A DNA stretch of 60,443 nt, the filler included, from Dugesia japonica (lineage: Eukaryota): NCBI GenBank assembly GCA_001938525.1. It is 6 parts of 6 records of this genome, joined end to end, with 100 filler letters (N's around TTAATTAATTAA, not from the genome) between each part and the next. Parts side by side here need not be neighbours in the genome. Positions count along the whole stretch, not along the records: positions 47,782 to 60,443 come from MQRL01592042.1; 5 more parts are not named here. The stretch is one strand, 5' to 3'. The notes under the pieces were generated by a model that saw only the letters and a list, made by a program, of their open reading frames with translations, was not told where the DNA came from and made no database searches. Shown piece after piece: positions 50,589 through 60,443 of this stretch. The translations under genes were made by a program, and so were the position numbers. Position 1 is the stretch's first letter; each line of letters starts with the position of its first letter.

Positions 50589-51030
50589 ATGTGTCAAGAA
50601 AACTTGTATCCTAATATTAATGATTATAAAAATCAAGATAAAGAAATTATTTTACAAAGTTTTAAAGCTAAATTAGTTAATCTTAGAATAGTAGATTTTG
50701 AGTCTTATTTACTTTTTATAGATGAAAAGATTAGACATTATAAAAGAATTTATAAAAGATTGTCTAGATTTGATAGTGGTGCGAGAATAACAGATATTGA
50801 AATTAGTACAATTGTTGGGATAGGAGGGGCAATTGTAATTACTTTGGGAATTTTGGTAATCGCAACTCCTATAATTATAACTGCAATAATTACTTCTATT
50901 TTTATAATGTATTCTATTTCTCATGGATTTTTAAGATTATTTTTTCTAAAAACAAGAAAATAAAAGTATAGAAATTTAATTCATGAACTTGAAGCAACTA
51001 GAAATAAATTATTTTTATTTCATTAAAAAT
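50589..51030 (+). pseudogene. Predicted two-TM membrane protein resembling Polinton-associated LYP-motif proteins
   Basis: MCQENLYPNIND..IRHYKRIYKRL followed by long hydrophobic segments; the frame appears to continue past the TAA at 50961-50963. Confidence 0.4.
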
Positions 51031-51287
51031 GATGATGTATTTACAGATGAAAAAAATTAATAAGCAAGAATATGGTTAAAGAAGTTAAAGATTTAATAAC
51101 TACAACTAATAGTGATGAAAATGAACAAAGATCCTTTGAAAAAACAAGATTCTTTTAAAGAAACTAGAAGAATTAAAATTCTAAAATTAGTAACAGTTAA
51201 AATGATTTTTTTAAATTGTTAAATATTTTATATAAGTAAATAGCTGAGAATTGAGTTATATTTAAATTGTTAAAATCATATTTTTAT

Positions 51288-53530
51288 TTAACAACGCAAA
51301 TTGATCATTTCGTTGTTAATTTCGTTGATCATAAACGTAATCGCTTTATGGTTTGTCCGTAGAGTGAATCTTTGCCCATATAAGTAATCGCTGAAGTGGT
51401 TGCAAAAGTATAATATCACTTGTAGTTTCTTTCTTGTTATGCAATGCCCCAATTCTTGGTTGTTCATTGATTGTGATCTATACGCTATCACCATGGACTT
51501 GTCCGTCGTTATTTGTGATACTACGGCACTGATTGTATTGTAGCTAGTATCCGTATCCAGTGTGAATTCTCTCCTGACATCCAAAAACACCCAAAATTGG
51601 TGGCTTTGTTAATACCTATTATATATCTCCGAAGGATTTTTCTCAGTTTTCTATCCAAATTAACTTCTAATTATTTACACTGCGTGATTTCTTTAGTTCT
51701 CTAACCGTTTTTGTGTAATCATTTATGGATTTTCTGTAAAAGCAACATATTCCCAAGAAACTCCTCAATTCTTTCACACACTTTGCCTTTTTGAATGGCC
51801 TTCTGTATTGCAACCAGTTTTTTGGATCGGCCTGTAATTTTTATTACCTATAACGTGTCCTAAAACTTTGATCTTTTTTCTTAGCAATTGACATTTTGAC
51901 TGGCTCTCTCGTAGTCTCGCTTGATGTATTTTACTAAATACGTCATCTAGTCTTTTGTAATTCTCTTCTCAGTTCTCTGAATATATTGAAAGATTGTCTA
52001 AAAACACAATTGTTTTAATTATTATTACTATAAACATTTTTCATGAATTTTTGTAATGTCCAAGTTGCTGCAGCTATGTCACACGGCATTCCATTGAAAC
52101 AGTATTGATTTGACTTTTTTGAGATGGCTGTTTTATCTTTGGACTTTTCTTCTAGCTCTACTTGATAGTAAGCATTACTTAAATCTAATGAGCTGAAATT
52201 CCAGACAGAAATTAATGTCTTTGTTTTCTTGTTTTCAGATAGAAATCGTCAAGGTGTTTTATGTTGAGTTGCACTTTCATACAGTTCCATTTTCAAATAG
52301 ATTACGCACCCCTTCGTTTATTTGGTCCTCTAGGCTTATAGGTGTCTTACACAGCTTAAAATGTATAGGTCCTCCATTTTTTACTGTCATGCTTGACCCG
52401 TTTTGTGCATCCTATGTCCAATTTATATGCCATAAAGATATTTGACTGTTTCCTTATTGTGTAATTTTCTAATGTATTTATGTCACTCAAAACGTTTTGA
52501 AATTTTTCTTCATCCTTAATAATCCATCCAAAATGCAGCTCAATACTGAAAATCCGGTCTTGATTATCTTTTACTGCTTTATCTTTAAAAACGTAGTTGT
52601 AATCCAAAATTCGTATGCAACTCAATGCTACCAATTATGCTAGGGATTACCTTTTCTACAATCATGAAAGTAGTTTACCGTGTGGTATAACCAATCCTTA
52701 CTTCCATCTCAACTTTTCTTTTGGTGCATAACGAACTATCATTGACTCACCGTAGTTGGTCCTTTGTTTCCAATAACGTGACATCCTTCAATTCGTTAAA
52801 CACATTTATATCGATCACATTAATCTTTACTCCGGTATCCAGTAAACATTTAAACTTCATGTTTTAGATATTAATCGCAATACTCGGTCTACCCTGCATT
52901 GAATCATATCTAATCACACTTTTCCACCGTTCTGTCACTGTTTTGATAGTGGCTTCAACTGATGTTTCTCCATTGACTACTAATATCTCTTTCTTAAAAA
53001 CATTGTAAACTAATTTTCCAACATCTACCTCTATATTATTGATATGACTGCTTTTACTAAAAAATATTGATATTTTGGGGATCACCCATTAGATTTCGAG
53101 TTCTACTGCTCCTATCATTTCCTCAGCTGGTGTTGTCTCTCCGTTTTAGTTTCTCATTGGTTCATAGATGTTTGCGTTATATCTATTGTCATCACATCTA
53201 ATGTCTTCATATCTGTCTTATTCATATTATTTGTTATTTATTTTATCAACTTTCTACTTCTTCTGTTCTAAACTTCTTTATGGTATTTGACGTTTATAAG
53301 GTTGATTTCTGTATCATTGGTACCATTCTTTTTGGTTCTGTGTATAATGCCTCATTGAAGCTACACATCATGGTTATTCCGTCTGTCTTTTTGACGATTC
53401 CTGAAACGTCTCTAATAATTTCTTTTATTTCTTCCTGTTTGGAAACCTTTTTCAACAGAATCCCTTTCTCTACCTTTTTCTGTGCCGTTGCGTTTATCAA
53501 AAGTGCTGCTAATAACAACTCTAATCACTA
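51288..53530 (-). mobile_element. Gypsy gag-pol remnant (gag, protease, RT, RNase H)
   Basis: CLLDTGVK (protease), DLSNAYYQV..VFLDNLSI (RT), LRSFLGICCFYRK, and FTLDTDTS..VIAYRSQ..FTLRTNHKAI (RNase H). Confidence 0.88.
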
Positions 53531-54499
53531 ATCACATTTATTTTCTAGGTAAATCACTTAATTAAACTATACATTTTATTTATAGGGTAACTACTTGTAC
53601 GAATTATAAATTTGATAATATTGAATTGATGCGGCAAATCATGGAGAAGTTAAAGATAAACGATTAGATATAATTTGTTCAATAGGACCTATGTTCAATT
53701 TTATTTCTCGTCTATGATAATACCTTAATTAAAAGCATGACTTGAACCGTTAATAAAGTATCTTTCAAATCGAATTTAATTCTTGAATAACGTAATATAT
53801 TATTTATTAATTTAATAATATTTATATTAACTTTTATTTAATATTTATTAATATTAATATTTATTAACTGATCAATTATTATTTTTTAAATAATTAATTG
53901 TTTAAATAAACAAATTATTGTTATAGATTTTATAAAAATGTTTTATGGAACCAAATAATCCTTTAAATTAAACAATGACTGTTACAAACTCATTTAACAG
54001 TAATAATTTATACAAAATACATTTTGATTTGATTAAAATTTAAAAATTTATTTCTAACATTTTACAATTAAAATTTCATTTATCACAACAATTTGATTCT
54101 TGATCACAGATTCCAACACTTATCTACTTTCTCTTGAAAATTGCATTTGTCATTTTATGCCTTTTAATAAAACGATAACATTATATAAGCAATATAGAAA
54201 TTTTGCACACAAACTATGCCAAAAGATTAAATTCATAGGTGAAATTTTATTTTTATAGGATTAATTGGTATAGAATTTTTCAGGCTTTTTAACTGACGAG
54301 CAAAATTTATGTGTAATTATGTAACTTTTAATCGTATTTTGAAAGGTTTGGATTTTTTTTGCAAACTATTAAATTACAATTATGAGGTGTTGAACCAGCA
54401 ATTATAATTAATTATATTATATTAATTATATTTTTTTGGTTATTATCATCGGTCATAATTTAATTTATTTTACAATCCTCATTTTTTACGTACAGCTTA

Positions 54500-55150
54500 C
54501 CTAATTTCATACCTTGAAGAAGAGTAACATCTTCCTTATTATAATTAGCAATTTTTTTTTTTTTTTTTGTGTAGGTTCTCTATCATTTAATGTTTTAGTT
54601 TCTATTGCATAAATTTGCTTATTTTTAGGTTTATAATTATAATTCGACTCAATTCTTTGTGCTTTTTTCATTAATTTGTCAATCTTATTATATTCTACAG
54701 CTATAAATACAGATTTTATATAACTATGAATCCTCTATAACATATTTTATATTATCACCTCCTTGAAAAGTCATTTTTGCTATTTTCTTTAAGTCACACA
54801 AATATTCACCTACAGTTTCTGTAGCTCTTATTGTTCTATTTCTAAATTTCTGTATGCAAATTCTTTCAATTCTGTAGGGACTATTATAAGTTCTCCAAGC
54901 GCTTTTATTAAATTGCTAAAATTCTTAGGTTGATCTCTTAAAATTTTAAAACTTTGTAATGCCAAACCTTTTAAATATAATGGTAATCTTTTAATTAATT
55001 TGTCGTTTGTTTTAATTGCACGCTATTGCACATATTGTCATCTCCTCAAAATATTCATCAAACTCTTCAGGATTCCGGAATACGTTTTATCGGCAGTAAA
55101 TCCAAATTAAGTTGCAATAGTAAAAGAATTTTATTATTCGTTCATATTTT
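54500..55150 (-). pseudogene. LTR retrotransposon gag remnant
   Basis: PEEFDEYFEEM..LPLYLKGLALQSF..ETVGEYLCDL, a gag-like motif series. Confidence 0.5.
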
Positions 55151-55908
55151 CGTTATCTTTTGCGTGATATAATTATATTTCTACTTATTAACTTATACCT
55201 AATATTGTCGTCTTTATCAATTTTTTGTATTATTTGTTATATTTAATTTATTGTTAAAAATTTGTGTTGGTGCAAAATGTTTTTTTATTTCTAAAATTAT
55301 TAGATACAAAACTGTCAGGAAAATCCTTATACAATTGAGAATAATTATCCAATCTAAAATATTAAGCCGCAGTGCTACGTTTTTCATTTTAAATTCTCAA
55401 AAATTCTGCAGGTTTGAATTCCATTATTTAAATTTTATTCGCTGGGTTAAGAACCATATGTGAATTTCGTTTCAATTCATATATCAAAAGTTTATATTTA
55501 AAAACGGGTTTCGTTTCAAACTTTTTAAAATTATATTTTATTACTTTCAAAACTTTATTTAAAAATGTTATCTTATTCAAAAATGGGGTTTCGTTTCAAT
55601 TATAAAAATTTCTTTTCAAAACATACTTTTTTAAATTTAGAATTTTTTATGAATTGGTTTCTCACTACGGTTACCAAATTTGTTGAGATGAATTTGGATA
55701 TTTAAGGTAACGCAAGTCAACAATACGTAAGTTCAGATTTGTTAAGTAGTTCTTCAATTAGTAATACATTTTCAAAATCACAACTTTTTTATACATAATT
55801 TATTTCAATTCTCACAGCTATCTCAAATTTATAATTATCTTAGAATAGAACCATAAAAATATATATCTACAATTTTATCGAGAGTAGGTATATATGAGTG
55901 CATGACCG

Positions 55909-56990
55909 CAGGGGGTCTCCCCTTGTTGCAGATCGATATAGATCTTCGATTTGATTCATTATTGATATTTGTCTGATTAATTATTGATTTCTGAAGTGAT
56001 TTATTATTGATTTTTGAGTTGTTTGGTTTTTTNNNNNNNNNNNNNNNNNNNNNNNNNNNNNNNNNNNNNNNNNNNNNNNNNNNNNNNTAGATTTATATAT
56101 CTGAGAGAATTTTTAATTTTTATGCGTTTGCTCAAGATAAGCGAACTGAAAAACTGAATGAGCATACAAATTCTCTGTCAATGCAACAAAATATGTTCAC
56201 CAGAATAAATTATGAGAATGTGGCTAGTATTACAGCTGGATTTAAAATTTGTCACCGTATAGTTGCTTCAGGTAGGCCATTCAAAGATGGCGAGTTTATC
56301 AAATGTTGCATTATTGATGCGGTTTCTACTAATCTTCCAGAAAATATATCACGTTCAAGAAATACAGTAACAAGACGAACAGAACAAATTTCTGAAGATA
56401 TTATTAAACAACTTAATGAGCGTATTCAAAAATTTCTACATTTTTCTATTGCTTTGGATGAGAGCACAGATGTAGTTGATACAGCGCAACTACTTAATTT
56501 TTTAAGAGGTGTAGATTCCGATTTCGATGTTACAGAAGAGCTAGCGGCACTTTCTTCCTTATATGGATCAACAACAGGACAAAATATATTTGATAGTATG
56601 GAAATGTGTTTTGATAAGTTGCAATTAAATTGGGAGAAATTATTTAATGTCACTACAGATGGAGTGCAATGTATGACTGGAGATAATATTGAAATCAGAG
56701 GGAAAATTAATGAAAAAATGGTTTACTTCGAGTTGAAAACACCTTTATATTTGCATTGTATTATACATCAATACAATTTATTGGCAAAAACCTTGAAGTT
56801 TGAAGATGTTTTGAAAACAGTAATTTCTACTGTTAATTTCATACGGAATAATATTTGGATGAAACTGATGTTGATTGAGATGATTTAATATATTTCGCTG
56901 AAGTTAGATGGCTAAGTAAAAGTAAAGTTCTAACTAGATTTTTAACTTACCAAAATAAATTATATCATTTTGTAATAAAAAAATTTTTGT
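55909..56990 (+). mobile_element. hAT (Charlie/Buster, GTF2IRD2/SPIN-like) transposon, 3'-truncated
   Basis: ORF 56181-56888: RPFKDGEFIK..SRNTVTRR..FSIALDESTD..AQL..EEL..TTG..VTTDG..HCIIHQ, then EVRWLS in another frame. A TIR-like CAGGGGGTCTCC lies at 55909. Confidence 0.92.
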
Positions 56991-57039
56991 AATAAAGAAT
57001 TCTTAAAATTCGTTATTCTCCACATTTCAAATCCTTTTT

Positions 57040-58620
57040 CATACTATTCATCTGTGTCTCCATCCCATTTCGGTGGCATTTGTCTTGTTTTAACCAGAAC
57101 TTGCAAACTGGTTGCATAATTATATGAAAATATCCCTTTTGACGTTGTTATTCTTGTATCTTTAAACTCCTTTAACGCCAAAGGTGTCTCTTTTAAGGAC
57201 ATTACCGCCGAATTGAGTGATGAGTTGTTGGAATACAAATTAGACTCCATTCAAGAAATTTATTTAATCCATATTTCAAGATATGATTCAAATTCTACCC
57301 TCTTAAATTGTGATATACAACTGGTAGTTGGCTTTTTACTTTTCTGCTCAAATTACATTTAGAGGATGCTGCACCCAAATACTGATCAGTAAAGTGATCA
57401 TGATCACGAATTGGTGCAGACAATGTTTTCTTACACAAATAACAATTTGTGGGTGCAGCAAGTGATATTTCTTTCTCTTTTGATATTATTATTTTCTTAT
57501 TTTCATTTTTCTCGAAATATGTAGTTACCATAATTTTATTTATTTCTTGAATTTCCTTAAGGAAATCAAATACACAGCCATCTCCAATGAACTGATTATA
57601 TGATGTTTTGTAAGTAAAATTATTTACTAACAGTATTCTTGAAGAAACCGGCATATGTTTTGGAAAATGAACTTTGTATGACGGTAAAACTGATTCAAAA
57701 TCAGCATATATGACGAATGCTGGTGTCAATGTCTTTGAGAAATCCTTAAACTCTAAGTTTCTTTCCGCCTGGATGGTTTATAATTACATATTGTATCTAA
57801 AAAATATGCCATTTGCAAAGTGTGAAAAACATGTTTTACTTTGTATTTTCTCGCAAATTATTTAAATCTTTTCGAACGCTATTTTCTTTCTGAATCTATT
57901 TCAACAATTTAGACACTATATTCATTGAATTTTTGTGTCGTCTATTTTATCATATTGGTTCTTTAATCTATTCAAGTCCATTACACCCGTGTAATGGTAA
58001 TTATTATCATTTTCTATCAACAACAAATACATATGCTTTCCGTCTACCAGGCGTGACCTGCGGATTTTATCTAGATTGGGATGCTTTGATCATCTTCTAC
58101 ATTATTTGAATTCCATTGACTGCATATCTTGGATTTTTTCTTTTAAATTATTTAATATTTTCAAGTTGCATTAGCATATCTGTTTCTTTAAACTCTAATT
58201 CAAACATATAATTTTCATATACAGATGGTCTATGTCTACAGTTACTATCAACTTAATCTTTTTTGATAGTTGCTAAACTATTGAAAATAAAGCATTTATT
58301 GTCTTTATTTTGAATTCTAACCACTGCCATTTTCTTTTTCAGATTGATTGGGTTGGTATGTAACTATGTCTTGACAGTCTGCTAATTGGTGATGTTAAAA
58401 TTCACTTTCAAAATCCTACTCAGTATCCAAATGGAACTGAGCTCGCGCCTTATAAACATTTTTTTGTTCAAAATCTTTATTTCTTCTTTGAAAAAGTTTT
58501 CATCTAGTTGAACAGCCTTATTTAAGATTCTGCAAGTCTTTATCTCCTCGTCGCTGATAAATTCCACGTTGAGTCCAAATTTTATTTTTACTTCTTTCAT
58601 CTTTTTAATGATCTTAAATA
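57040..58620 (-). pseudogene. Second Polinton-type PolB, N-terminal/exonuclease part, disrupted
   Basis: NKDNKCF, YHYTGVMDLNRL, FVIYADFESVL, RDHDHFTDQYLGAASSKCNL, YHNLRG, KGIFSYNY; collinear with 32600-33850. Confidence 0.88.
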
Positions 58621-58700
58621 GTTTGACAATTAAATTTTCCGGTAGTATAATTTGATTTGTGTTCCAACTTGATATATCTATTTTTTAATTTTTTTTTCTA

Positions 58701-58911
58701 TTAATTAATAACAATAATATTACTGTATTCTTAGTTAGATTAAATTTTCTTCTACTTTGTTTATAAAACTAACGCAAATCTGTATTCTCATGCATCCTTG
58801 ATCCATAACCTCTTTCATCATTTAAATTCTAAATTCTAAAGTAATCTTTTAATTAATAACAATAATATTACTGTATTCTTAGTTAGATTAAATTTTCTTC
58901 TACTTTGTTTA
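58701..58911. repeat. Exact ~63 bp direct repeat (58701-58763 and 58849-58911)
   Basis: ttaattaataacaataatattactgtattcttagttagattaaattttcttctactttgttta occurs twice. Confidence 0.85.
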
Positions 58912-59544
58912 TTCATAATCTATAAAAGATAATAATAATAAAATAAAAATAATAATAAATTACTTTAGATGGGTTAATTTACTTTATTAGATGGGTTTTG
59001 AGAACTCTTTGAATTATCAACATCAAAATTCAACTCCATAAAATTTATTTCAAAATAAAACTATAACACCATTATTTGTTTAATTAAACAAATTAAAACC
59101 TCATGCTCTGATTGAAAACTGTTTTCTAATAGATTTAAAATTTCAGATTCACTCAAAAATAATTTCAGCTGCAAAATTTTAATTCTTATTCAAACACTTA
59201 AAAATTTTTAAAAAAATAATTTAATTGCAAAATTTTAGATAAAACTTCCATTCAAAATGATTATTTTAACTTTTTAATTAATTTGTCAAAAGATTTAAAA
59301 AAAACAGTTTCCAATCAAAGCACAAAAATTTGACGTGATTCGACCTCAACGATGAAAAATTTGATTAAATTAACCTAAAAATTACCCAAATTGACCAGCT
59401 CAAGCAAATAATTGATCAAATCACACAAAGAATTACCCAAATTTACCATTCTCGAGGAAATAATTGGTCGAATAGTTTAAAAATTACTATGAGTACACCG
59501 AGAAAAGTATCAACCAATTTCATTTAAACCAGTCGAAAATATAC

Positions 59545-59685
59545 CTTGTTAGGTAATTCTTCAATTGGTAATTCTTCAAATTCATTTACAAAATCATAAC
59601 TATTTTAAACATAACTATTTCAATTTACACAGCTATCTCAATTATATAAGAATAGAACCATAAAAATATTTATCTACAATTTAAT
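59545..59685. repeat. Diverged copy of 55738-55878
   Basis: Shared ttcttcaatt..cacagctatctcaa..agaatagaaccataaaaatat..tatctacaattt. Confidence 0.75.
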
Positions 59686-60443
59686 CGCTTTCTATTGGCT
59701 TAATTAAGTATTAATTTATAATTACTTCCTTATATACCTCATTCTACCTCACCTAATTAATTCTCAACCAAAAACCTTGAAAATGTATTGCTACTTAAAA
59801 GCCTACAAAATATTCTTAACCAAAATAATTAATAATAAAGATTAACAATCATAATAATTATTATTATTATTATTACAATACAAGAAATTTTTTAAAATGA
59901 AAAACATGAAATTATAATTTTTAATTTTTATCTTCACAAGAACCTGAATAACTTTTTTGGAAAAAAGTTTTCAATATTTTGTTATAATGAATTTTACTAA
60001 TAATGTTTTCTTAAGGTCAGGACTTTTATCCATATACAGTATCAGCCAGAATTGTCCTTGCTATTTGGTGGCTATTTTGCCTTATTATATTTAGTGCCTA
60101 TACAGGTGATTAATTGTTATTATTTTCTTGGAAATTAAAATAGTTTTAAGTCAACTTTTTAATTCGTAAGTAATAAGAAATAGCTATTAAAAAATTTAAA
60201 TTTAAATAATTCGCTCGGTCAGATATTTAATTTAAATTGTTTCTATGACCTCATTTAGATTTTATATAGAATGTTGACGGAAAAATTGTTTAATACATTT
60301 GAAGCACAGCCATATTATTAAAAGATGAATTATGATTAAATAAAAAGATTTGAATTTGTCATTAGAAACAATTTATTGAAAAAACATCAATATTGAATTA
60401 AACAAATAGTATTATTTAATAATAATACATTTGAAACTATATA

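Noticed and set aside
59684-59705. atcgctttctattggct resembling the U2 snRNA 5' end (Utopia target)
   Set aside because: Short AT-rich similarity with no GTGTAGTA branch-pairing region or Sm site.

Overview
Very AT-rich eukaryotic DNA, most likely from an invertebrate draft genome (GT-AG introns of 44-50 nt, many N gaps). The window is not one locus. Five identical artificial linkers (44 N + TTAATTAATTAA + 44 N) join six separate 8-13 kb scaffolds. The only clearly intact host gene is a 6-exon U1 snRNP 70K gene (39602-41690, 343 aa). Its single long intron sits inside the RRM and holds a candidate poison-exon module: an alternative acceptor, an in-frame stop and three strong donors. This resembles the vertebrate U1-70K exon 7a autoregulatory switch. 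Most other recognisable sequence is decayed mobile DNA: NeSL/Utopia-like RLE non-LTR retrotransposons, several Gypsy relics, hAT, mariner and maT-like transposons, and a Penelope-like element with inverted pLTRs carrying minimal hammerhead ribozymes. Remains of Polinton/Maverick (adintovirus-like) viruses occur on four scaffolds: major capsid, penton, adenain-type protease, two protein-primed-type PolB copies and candidate termini. All family assignments come from motif recognition by eye; no searches were run.
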